Below, one piece after another: positions 1 to 7,328 of a stretch of DNA of 31,130 nucleotides. Source of the stretch: Candidatus Methylomirabilota bacterium (GTDB taxonomy: Bacteria; Methylomirabilota; Methylomirabilia; Rokubacteriales; CSP1-6); assembly GCA_035254745.1 (NCBI GenBank), contig DATFAJ010000051.1:1-31130 (forward strand), in the 5' to 3' direction. Position 1 is the first letter of the stretch, and each line of letters begins with the position of its first letter. The translations under genes and the position numbers were made by a program. The notes beneath the pieces are model-generated. The model worked only from the letters and a program-made list of their open reading frames with translations, made no database searches and was not told where the DNA came from.

Positions 1-618
1 GGTCTGCTCGGCCGCAACGGCGCCGGCAAGTCGACGTCCATGAGCGTGACCGTCGGTCTGCTGCCGCCCCGGCACGGCACCATCGCGGTCTTCGGCCAGG
101 CCGTGACCGGTCGCGCCCCCGAAGGCATCGCCGCGCAAGGCGTGGCGCTGGTGCCGCAGGGTCGCCGGATCTTCAAGAGCCTCACCGTACGCGAGAATCT
201 CGCGGTGGCGGGTCGCAAGCCCCGGACCGGCGGATCGACTCGGTGGGCGCTGGACACGATCTACGAGCTCTTCCCGCGCATCGGCGAGCGTCGCCGGCAG
301 ATCGCCGGCTCGCTCTCGGGCGGCGAGCAGCAGATGCTCGCCATCGGCCGGGCGCTGATGTCCAATCCACGGGTGCTCTTGATGGACGAGCCCTCCGAGG
401 GCCTGGCCCCTCTGATCGTCGCCGAGGTCATGGCGACCATCCGCCGGCTCAAGGGGCAGGGGCTGTCCATCGTGCTGGTCGAGCAGAACCCCAAGCTGGT
501 GTTCCAGGTCGCGGACGACATCGTCATCCTCAACAGCGGCCGCGTGGTGGCCGAGGGAGCCGCGGCAGAGTTTCGGGATCGCGACGCGGAGCTCCACCAG
601 CACCTCGGGATCTTCTGA
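1..618 (+). CDS. livF: Branched-chain amino acid-type ABC transporter ATP-binding subunit (LivF-like), 5'-truncated by the window edge
   Basis: Frame 1 is open from base 1: GLLGRNGAGKST (Walker A), LSGGEQQMLAIGRAL (signature), LLMDEPSEGLAP (Walker B/D-loop typical of LivF), LVEQN (LivF-type switch region). The ATG at 40 is internal. Confidence 0.93.
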   Translation, partial: GLLGRNGAGKSTSMSVTVGLLPPRHGTIAVFGQAVTGRAPEGIAAQGVALVPQGRRIFKSLTVRENLAVAGRKPRTGGSTRWALDTIYELFPRIGERRRQIAGSLSGGEQQMLAIGRALMSNPRVLLMDEPSEGLAPLIVAEVMATIRRLKGQGLSIVLVEQNPKLVFQVADDIVILNSGRVVAEGAAAEFRDRDAELHQHLGIF

Positions 619-626
619 GCACGGCC

Positions 627-1406
627 ATGGCGACCGCGACCGAGCGTCTCGACGTGGGCGGCGTCGCCCTCGAGGTCCTGAGGCGCGGGGCGGGGCGGCC
701 GCTGCTGGTCCTCCACGGCGAGGCGCCGCTCGATCCCGGCGCGCCGGTGATCGACCTGCTCGCGGCCCACGCCCAGGTGATCGCCCCGACCCACCCGGGC
801 TTCGGCCACTCGACGCGCCCCGACGACTTCGACACCGTCTACGACCTGGTGCATCTCTACCTCGATCTGCTCGAGCAGCTACCGCCCGGGGGCGTGACGC
901 TGATGGGGCTGTCGTTCGGCGGCTGGCTGGCCGCCGAGATCGCGGCCGCGCGCTCGCGTCGCGTGGAGCGGCTGATCCTGGTCGACGCGGTGGGCATCAA
1001 GGTCGGCGACCGCGAGACGGCGGACATCCTGGACCTGTTCAACACCGCGCCCGCGGAGGTGGAGCGACGACGCTGGCACGAGCCGGCCAAGTGGACGCCC
1101 GACCCCGACGCCATGTCCAACGAGGCCCTGGTGGCCCACGCGCGCAACCGCGAGGCCCTCTGCCTCTACGCGTGGCACCCGTACATGTACAACCCCCGGC
1201 TCGCCCGGTGGCTCGGCCGCATCGCGGTGCCGACGCTCGTGCTGTGGGGCACGAGCGACCGCATCGTGACCCCGGCCTACGGGCGCGCGTACGCCGCGCG
1301 CATCCCGGGCGCCCGCTTCGAGATCATCGAGGCCGCCGGGCACCACCCCGAGATCGAGCAGCCCGGCACGCTCGCGGAGCGCGTGCGCGCGTTCCTGCCG
1401 TCGTGA
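627..1406 (+). CDS. Alpha/beta-fold hydrolase, 259 aa
   Basis: ATG at 627, 8 nt after the livF stop. Motifs LLVLHG, PGFGHS, nucleophile elbow GLSFGG, LVLWGTSDRIV (acid), AGHHPEIE (His). Confidence 0.9.
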   Translation: MATATERLDVGGVALEVLRRGAGRPLLVLHGEAPLDPGAPVIDLLAAHAQVIAPTHPGFGHSTRPDDFDTVYDLVHLYLDLLEQLPPGGVTLMGLSFGGWLAAEIAAARSRRVERLILVDAVGIKVGDRETADILDLFNTAPAEVERRRWHEPAKWTPDPDAMSNEALVAHARNREALCLYAWHPYMYNPRLARWLGRIAVPTLVLWGTSDRIVTPAYGRAYAARIPGARFEIIEAAGHHPEIEQPGTLAERVRAFLPS

Positions 1407-1419
1407 CCCCGGAGGCGCC

Positions 1420-2589
1420 ATGCAAGCCTGGTACCTGAACGAGAACCCGTACCCCTTCGTGCCCCCGCACGTGCTCGACGCGGCGGACTCGGTCCGCGGC
1501 AGCCTGCCGAACAAGTACTGCGACCCCAAGATCGCGGCGGACCTGTTCCAGGAGGCGCTCGACGAATACCTGCTCTGCGACGACATCGGGATCAACGTGG
1601 TGTCGAACGAGCACCACGCGGGCATCAACTGCCTGCTCGGCGCGAGCCCGCTCATCCTCGGCATCCTGGCGCGCCAGACCCGCAACGTGCGCATCCTGAG
1701 CCTCGGGACCCTGATCACGGTGCGGACCGACCCGGTGCGCGTCGCCGAGGAGTACGCGACCGCCGACGTGATCTCGCGCGGCCGGCTCGAGATCGGCTTC
1801 GTGAAGTCGGGCGGCAGCGAGATGGCCTCCGGCAACGCGAACCCGATCGGGATCGTCGACCGGTTCTGGGAGGCGATCGACCTGGTGCTGAAGGCGCTGT
1901 CGCACCGCGACGGCCCGTTCAGCTGGGAGGGCAAGCACTTCACCCACCGCCACGTGAACATCTGGCCGGGCCCCTGGCAGCAGCCGCACCCGCCGCTCTG
2001 GGCCGCGACCGGCGACCCCGCGACCTCGGCCGAGCTCGGCCGGCGGGGCATCGTCAACGTGATGGTGTTCCGCACCGCGGAGGAGACCGTGCGGGCGTGG
2101 GGCGCGTACCGCAAGGCCCGCGCGGAGGCGGGCCTGCCCGCGCCGGGTCCCGACCGGTTCGGCCATACCGCGTTCGTCTACACCGGCGACACCGACGAGG
2201 AGGGCGTGCGCGTGGGGAGCAAGCTGCTGTGGTTTCTCAACACCGGGCTGCGCTCCGCGCCGCAGTACGGCAAGTTCCTGCCCGGCGCGGTCCCCGCCGA
2301 GCTCGCCCCTGCGCTCTACGCCACGAGGCCGCGGCCCGGGGTGCCCGCCGCCGCGCGGCCCGCCGCCGGCCTGATCGGCATCACCGCGGAGCAGGCGATG
2401 GCCAAGGGGCTCATGTTCGCGGGCGACCCGGACAGCGTCTACCGGCAGATCTGCGAGTACCGCGAGCGGGTCGGGCCGTTCGAGCACCTCGTGCTGGCGA
2501 GCCGCTCGGGCTTCATGACGCACGGGGAGGCGACGAAGGGACTGCGGCTCTTCGCGAAGGAAGTGCTGCCCCGCCTCCGCGAGCTCTAG
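1420..2589 (+). CDS. LLM-class flavin-dependent oxidoreductase (luciferase-like monooxygenase), 389 aa
   Basis: SNEHH, PVRVAEEYATADVISRGRLEIGF, FSWEGKHF, PGPWQQPHPPLW, AKEVLPRL C-terminus. RBS GGAGG upstream. Confidence 0.92.
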   Translation: MQAWYLNENPYPFVPPHVLDAADSVRGSLPNKYCDPKIAADLFQEALDEYLLCDDIGINVVSNEHHAGINCLLGASPLILGILARQTRNVRILSLGTLITVRTDPVRVAEEYATADVISRGRLEIGFVKSGGSEMASGNANPIGIVDRFWEAIDLVLKALSHRDGPFSWEGKHFTHRHVNIWPGPWQQPHPPLWAATGDPATSAELGRRGIVNVMVFRTAEETVRAWGAYRKARAEAGLPAPGPDRFGHTAFVYTGDTDEEGVRVGSKLLWFLNTGLRSAPQYGKFLPGAVPAELAPALYATRPRPGVPAAARPAAGLIGITAEQAMAKGLMFAGDPDSVYRQICEYRERVGPFEHLVLASRSGFMTHGEATKGLRLFAKEVLPRLREL

Positions 2590-2593
2590 GCGC

Positions 2594-2995
2594 TCACCGG
2601 GCGGCCAGCGGCGGCGAGTCCGCCCGCGCGTAGCTCTTGGTGAGGATCTCCCAGAGGTGGCCGTCCGCGTCCTGCCAGTAGAGATTCTTCCCGCCGAGCC
2701 GGCGGTTGATCTGCATGTCGGTCTCCCCGAGCGGGGAGCTGCGGTAGGGAAGTCGCGCGGCCCGGATGCGGCCGAGGATGGCGTCGAACTCGGCGTCGCT
2801 CACGCGGAAGCAGTAGTGGTGGTGCTCGAACTCCTTCCGGTCCGCGAAGTCGAGGGTCAGCGCCTCGTTGACGTAGACCGGGGTGAAGGGGCCCTGCGAG
2901 GCCTGCCAGGGCACGTCGAGCAGCGCGGCGAGCGACCTCGCCGCCGCGACCGGGTCGCGGGATGGAACGATGAGATGGTCGAGCTGGATGGCCAT
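2594..2995 (-). CDS. VOC (glyoxalase/bleomycin resistance) family protein, ChaP-like, 133 aa
   Basis: LDHLIVPSRD, LTLDF, HYCFRVSDAEFDAILGRI, GGKNLYWQDADGHLWEILT. GGAGG RBS just upstream of the ATG at 2995. Confidence 0.85.
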   Translation of the reverse strand: MAIQLDHLIVPSRDPVAAARSLAALLDVPWQASQGPFTPVYVNEALTLDFADRKEFEHHHYCFRVSDAEFDAILGRIRAARLPYRSSPLGETDMQINRRLGGKNLYWQDADGHLWEILTKSYARADSPPLAAR

Positions 2996-3017
2996 CGCGC
3001 ACCTCCAGAGGCTCTGC

Positions 3018-3047
3018 ATGATGCGCCGCCCGCCGCCGTCGCGTCAA
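3018..3047 (-). promoter_or_regulatory. Putative sigma70-type promoter for the VOC gene
   Basis: Minus strand TTGACG (3047-3042), 18 nt spacer, CATCAT (3023-3018). Confidence 0.5.
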
Positions 3048-3074
3048 GCCGCGGCCGCGACCCGCACCCGCGCC

Positions 3075-3103
3075 TTGACAGGGCCGCGCCCGCCGAGCAG
3101 TAT
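3075..3103 (+). promoter_or_regulatory. Putative sigma70-type promoter for the hydrolase/methyltransferase pair
   Basis: Perfect TTGACA (3075-3080), 17 nt spacer, CAGTAT (3098-3103). RBS GGGAGGGAAG before ATG 3128. Confidence 0.6.
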
Positions 3104-3127
3104 CTGCGTCTCGTGGGGAGGGAAGAC

Positions 3128-4006
3128 ATGTCGTTCATCGCGTCGAATGGGCTCACCGAGGAGGGCACCGCCCGGACCATCCAGGTCGGGGGGCAAGTCG
3201 GGGGTGAGGCCGGGGGCATGACGGTCCACTACCACGACGTGGGCGAGGGCGAGCCGGTGCTGTTCCTGCACTCCTACGGCCCCGGCACCACCGCCTGGAT
3301 CACGTTCCACAAGACGATCGGCGCGCTCTCGCGGCACTACCGCTGCATCCTCATGGACCTGCCGAACTTCAGCAAGACCGGCCCCGTCGTCTACCACGAG
3401 GGGGTGCACGCGCTCCAGGCGCGCACCGCGGTCGCCCTGCTGGACGCCCTCGGCATCGAGCGGGCCCACTGGGTCGGCAGCTCGCAGGGCGGGCAATCGT
3501 CGATGGTGGCCGCCATCACGTATCCCGCACGGGTGCGCAAGTTCGTGATGGGCGGGTCGCACATCGGCACCGGCGGCGATCGCTACCTGATGGCCAATCG
3601 CCCGTCGGAAGGCAGCCGGGCCACCCGCCAGGCGCTGGACGACCCGAGCCGCGAGAACATCCGGCGCTACCTGCGGGTGCACATCGACGACGAGAGCCTG
3701 GTGACCGACGAGCTGGTCGACTACATCCACCGGGCGCACACCTGGTCGCCCGAGTTCATGGAGGCGCGGCGGCGGTCGGTGAGCGTGCCGCACGACTACA
3801 CGCCGGACCTGGCCTCCATCCAGGCGCCGGTGCTGCTGATCCACGGGCGCTACGACCGCATGGTGGCCTTCGAGGTCAGCATCGCGATCCTGAACCACAT
3901 CGCGGACTCGCGCCTGGTGCTGCTCAACAACTGCGGGCACTGGCCGCCGTTCGAGAAGCCGGCCGAGTGGGCCGCCCAGGTCCTGGCGTTCCTGCGGGGC
4001 TACTGA
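3128..4006 (+). CDS. Alpha/beta hydrolase of the meta-cleavage product (BphD/HsaD/MhpC-like C-C hydrolase) family, 292 aa
   Basis: HYHDVGEGEPVLFLHSYGPG, nucleophile elbow WVGSSQGG, PSEG, HGRYDRMV (acid), NNCGHW (catalytic His followed by Trp, typical of MCP hydrolases). Confidence 0.85.
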   Translation: MSFIASNGLTEEGTARTIQVGGQVGGEAGGMTVHYHDVGEGEPVLFLHSYGPGTTAWITFHKTIGALSRHYRCILMDLPNFSKTGPVVYHEGVHALQARTAVALLDALGIERAHWVGSSQGGQSSMVAAITYPARVRKFVMGGSHIGTGGDRYLMANRPSEGSRATRQALDDPSRENIRRYLRVHIDDESLVTDELVDYIHRAHTWSPEFMEARRRSVSVPHDYTPDLASIQAPVLLIHGRYDRMVAFEVSIAILNHIADSRLVLLNNCGHWPPFEKPAEWAAQVLAFLRGY

Positions 4007-4013
4007 GGGGCGC

Positions 4014-4694
4014 GTGTCACCGGGCCGGCTGCTCTTCACCGCGGCCTACCTGCTCGTCTGGCCGGCCCTGATGCTGCTCCTGGCCGGCGACTGGGCCTGG
4101 CCGGAGGGCTGGATCTTCGGCGGCTGGTTCGTGGCCGTCGGCGCGAGCACGGTGCTCTGGCTGTACCGGAAGGACCCGGGGCTGCTCGCCGAGCGCTACC
4201 GCATGCCCGGCACCGGCGGCCAGAGCCGCCGCGACCGGATCATCGTGTATCTGCTGACGGTCGGCTTCGTCGCCTGGATCGTGCTGATGCCCCTCGACGC
4301 CCAGCGCTTCCACTGGACGCCGCGACTGCCGCTCGCGGTCGAGCTGGCCGGCGACGCGCTGCTCGCGCTCTCGTGGCTGCTCCTGTTCCGCTCGTTCGCC
4401 GACAACACCTTCGGCTCGGCCCTGGTGCGCGTGCAGACCGAGCGCGGGCACCGCGTGATCTCGACCGGGGTGTACGGCTGGGTGCGCCATCCGATGTACC
4501 TCGGCGCGACCCTCATGTTCGTGGGCGGCTCGCTCGTCACCGGGGCGGCGTCGGCGCTCGCGGTGGGCCTCGCGCTGTCGGTGCTCCTGGCGGTGCGTAG
4601 CCTCGACGAGGAGGCGCTGCTCTCGCGCGAGCTCGCCGGCTACGACGAGTACCGCCGGCGCGTGCGCTACCGCCTCATCCCCTTCGTGTGGTGA
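4014..4694 (+). CDS. Isoprenylcysteine carboxyl methyltransferase (ICMT/PEMT)-family integral membrane protein, 226 aa
   Basis: Several hydrophobic helices, NTFGSALVRVQTERGHRVISTGVYGWVRHPMY, EEALL...GYDEYRRRVRYRLIPFVW. Confidence 0.9.
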   Translation: MSPGRLLFTAAYLLVWPALMLLLAGDWAWPEGWIFGGWFVAVGASTVLWLYRKDPGLLAERYRMPGTGGQSRRDRIIVYLLTVGFVAWIVLMPLDAQRFHWTPRLPLAVELAGDALLALSWLLLFRSFADNTFGSALVRVQTERGHRVISTGVYGWVRHPMYLGATLMFVGGSLVTGAASALAVGLALSVLLAVRSLDEEALLSRELAGYDEYRRRVRYRLIPFVW

Positions 4695-4698
4695 GCGA

Positions 4699-5274
4699 CT
4701 ACAGGAACACGCTGAGGTTCTTGTCGAGCAGGACGTTGGCGTCGAGCACGATCGTGCGGCGGGCGATCTTCCACTCGCCGTTCACCCGGCGCAGCACATC
4801 CTCGCGGCAGCCCGACAGGAGCTGGTGGTCCGTCTCGAGGTGCGAGCGGTAGACCAGGAACGCGGTCCGGGCCTGCACTTCCCCCCGGGCGAGGGGCGTC
4901 ACCTCGAGGTTGCCGACCAGGTGACGGGTGCGCGACGGGGGATCCTCGGCCCAGGCCATGCCGGTGTCGAGCCGGGCCACCCGCATCTCCAGGTAGCGCT
5001 TGTCCTCCTCGAGGATGGCCAGGTCGCCGAGCGGCGTCAGCTCGCGATGCGCCTCCCGGCGGGGCACGTTCTTGCGGCGGGGCATGAAGTAGAGGACGTC
5101 GTCGGTGAAGAGGTCGAGCCACTCGGTGAGCTTGCGCTCGTCGAGGAGCCAGGCCTCGCGGATGTAGAACGGCATGAGCTCGAGCCAGAGGGCCTGCGGC
5201 GGCGAGAGCGTCGGGGGCCGGCCGGCAGGCCGCGCCGCGGGGCGAGCCCGGCGGGGCGTGCGCTTCTTCTTCAC
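4699..5274 (-). CDS. Aromatic ring-hydroxylating dioxygenase beta (small) subunit, 191 aa
   Basis: FYIREAWLLDER..EWLDLF, Y.MP, WAEDPPSRTRHLVGN, REDVLRR..GEWKIARRTIVLDANVLLDKNLSVFL. GTG at 5274, 14 nt after the alpha stop. The start could lie further downstream. Confidence 0.93.
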   Translation of the reverse strand: MKKKRTPRRARPAARPAGRPPTLSPPQALWLELMPFYIREAWLLDERKLTEWLDLFTDDVLYFMPRRKNVPRREAHRELTPLGDLAILEEDKRYLEMRVARLDTGMAWAEDPPSRTRHLVGNLEVTPLARGEVQARTAFLVYRSHLETDHQLLSGCREDVLRRVNGEWKIARRTIVLDANVLLDKNLSVFL

Positions 5275-5288
5275 CGCGTCGCGCCCCG

Positions 5289-6626
5289 CTAGCCCCGCAT
5301 CGTCGCGGTGCCGTCGAAGCGGGCCTTGATCGGATCCAGCGGGATGTCGGCCCAGCTCTCCGCGTTCATGAACTCTTCCCAGCGCTGGTAGAAGAGACGC
5401 TGGTTGTTCTCCGAGATGTACCGCTCGGAGACCAGGCCGGGGTAGTCCGGATGGGGCCCCGCGTGCCCCAGGCCCATCGACAGGTCCTGGGGGTAGCGGC
5501 GCCCGTGGCGGCTCGCGCTCGCCGCCGTCACCTGGCGCCAGTTGTCGACGTCGTCCTGCTCGAACATGCCGGCGGCGCCGTTGTTGGCCTGGCTCCCGAC
5601 GCGGACCACGCGCTTGATGGCCTCGGGGGCGTCCCGGTCCACCAGCACGAAGTGCCAGAACTCGGTCTGCAGCGGGCCGCGGGGCAGGGCCAGGCGGAGG
5701 CCGAGGATGCCGTTCGGGAAGATGCTGTGGTTGCCGAGCTGCACCCGCCGCGCCCGGAGCTTGCCGAGGCGCCGCTCGACCTCGGGCATCGTCGCGTCGT
5801 GGTAGTCCTGGAACAGCTGGAAGGTCTCGCTCGACACGCCGTGCACGTAGCGGGGGACGTTGTCGTCCGCGTCGCGGAAGGTGATCGAGTGGCCGTTGAC
5901 GAAGGCGTGCTTGTTGGGGCTCTCGAACTGGTCCTTGTGCGAGAGCCGCGGGCGGCCGAGGTACTTGCTCTGGACGCGGGCGCTCGAGAGATGGCTGGTG
6001 GGCACGTGGTAGTTGTCCGAGCAGTTGTCCACCATGACCTTCCAGTTCACCGGCTCGAGCCACTTCATCGGGCCCAGGGCCTGCATGCCGCCGTCGCGCC
6101 GGTTGAACACGGTGTCGAGGTACCAGCGCGCGTCGCCCAGGTAGGCCTCGAGGCCGGGGGCGTCCTTGGCCCAGGTGGCGAAGACGATCCCGGCGTAGGT
6201 CTCCACCCGGGCCTCGATCAGGCCGAGCGAGTCGCGGTCGAGCGCGTCGTAGTAGGCCTCCGACTTGCCCGGGACGTGATCCAGCGCGCCGTCGTTGCGG
6301 TAGGTCCAGCCGTGGTAGGTGCACATGAACCGGTTGGCGTTGCCGTCGTCGCAGCGCACCACCCGGTTGCCCCGGTGCCGGCACATGTTGAGCAGGGCGT
6401 GCAGCCGGCCCCCGCCGTCCCGGGTCAGGATGACCGGGTCCTCGCCCATGTAGGTGTGGAAGAAGTCGTCGGGCGCGGGCAGCAGGCTCTCGTGCCCGAT
6501 CATCAGCCAGGCGCGCCCGAAGATCTTCTCCATCTCGTCGTCGTAGACCGAGCGGTCGCTGAAGATGCGGCGGTCGATCTTGCCGGTGGCGGGGTCGATG
6601 ACGGCGTACTTCTGGCTGGCGCCCAT
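5289..6626 (-). CDS. Rieske aromatic ring-hydroxylating dioxygenase alpha (large) subunit, 445 aa
   Basis: Rieske motif CRHRG-x15-CTYHGW, mononuclear Fe motif NWKVMVDNCSDNYHVPTSH, C-terminal EQDDVDNW, final SENNQRLFYQRW. Strong RBS AAGGAGGAG before ATG 6626. Confidence 0.95.
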   Translation of the reverse strand: MGASQKYAVIDPATGKIDRRIFSDRSVYDDEMEKIFGRAWLMIGHESLLPAPDDFFHTYMGEDPVILTRDGGGRLHALLNMCRHRGNRVVRCDDGNANRFMCTYHGWTYRNDGALDHVPGKSEAYYDALDRDSLGLIEARVETYAGIVFATWAKDAPGLEAYLGDARWYLDTVFNRRDGGMQALGPMKWLEPVNWKVMVDNCSDNYHVPTSHLSSARVQSKYLGRPRLSHKDQFESPNKHAFVNGHSITFRDADDNVPRYVHGVSSETFQLFQDYHDATMPEVERRLGKLRARRVQLGNHSIFPNGILGLRLALPRGPLQTEFWHFVLVDRDAPEAIKRVVRVGSQANNGAAGMFEQDDVDNWRQVTAASASRHGRRYPQDLSMGLGHAGPHPDYPGLVSERYISENNQRLFYQRWEEFMNAESWADIPLDPIKARFDGTATMRG

Positions 6627-6650
6627 GCCGCGCTCCTCCTTGTCGCGCTC

Positions 6651-6656
6651 ATTATA
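6651..6656 (-). promoter_or_regulatory. Putative -10 box for the dioxygenase alpha/beta operon
   Basis: Consensus TATAAT on the minus strand, 24 nt upstream of ATG 6626, striking in 70% GC DNA. No recognisable -35. Confidence 0.55.
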
Positions 6657-6700
6657 GGCCATCGGCCGACCCGCGGCGGATCTTCACCGGGGTTTCGCCG

Positions 6701-6709
6701 TGCTATCAT
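6701..6709 (+). promoter_or_regulatory. Putative extended -10 promoter for the VOC-Mo hydroxylase-CoA ligase operon
   Basis: TG-C-TATCAT (TGnTAnnnT) about 37 nt upstream of ATG 6747, which has a GGAGG RBS. Confidence 0.5.
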
Positions 6710-6746
6710 CCGCGACAGGACCACACTCGCGCTGGAGGCCGCCCTC

Positions 6747-7295
6747 ATGACCGCATCGCCGCCCGTCTCGTTCAGCCACTTCGGCATCTACGTGACCGAC
6801 CTCGCGCGGATGGAGGACTTCTACACCCGCGTCCTCGGCCTGCTCGTGAGCGACCGCGGGCAGGTGCCGGGCGGGTCGAGCCTGGTCTTCCTCTCCCGCG
6901 ACCCGGACGAGCACCACCAGATCGTGCTGGCCACCGGCCGCCCGCCCGGCGTCGAGTTCAACGTGGTGAACCAGATGTCGTTCAAGGTGCCGGGCCTCCC
7001 CGACCTCAAGGCCATGCACGCGCGGGCCCGCGAGGAGGGCATCAAGCAGTTCCGCGTCGTCACCCACGGCAACGCGTGGTCGATCTACTTCGCCGACCCG
7101 GAGGGCAACCGCCTCGAGGTCTTCGTGGACACGCCCTGGCACACCCCGCAGCCGGTGGTCGAGCCGTTCGACATCGAGGCACCGATCGAGACCATCGAGC
7201 GGGAGACCGAGGCGCTCTGCCGCAACCGCCCCGGCTTCATGTCCCGCGCCGAGTGGCGGGCGGCGCAGGTGACGCGGATGGCCGCGGCCCGCTAG
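6747..7295 (+). CDS. Single-domain VOC family protein resembling single-domain extradiol dioxygenases, 182 aa
   Basis: SHFGIYV, DEHHQIVL, THGNAWSIYFADPEGNRLE. RBS TGGAGG. Confidence 0.85.
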   Translation: MTASPPVSFSHFGIYVTDLARMEDFYTRVLGLLVSDRGQVPGGSSLVFLSRDPDEHHQIVLATGRPPGVEFNVVNQMSFKVPGLPDLKAMHARAREEGIKQFRVVTHGNAWSIYFADPEGNRLEVFVDTPWHTPQPVVEPFDIEAPIETIERETEALCRNRPGFMSRAEWRAAQVTRMAAAR

Positions 7296-7328
7296 CCCGG
7301 CCGCGATCGCCTCCGGAGCGCGACGGCG

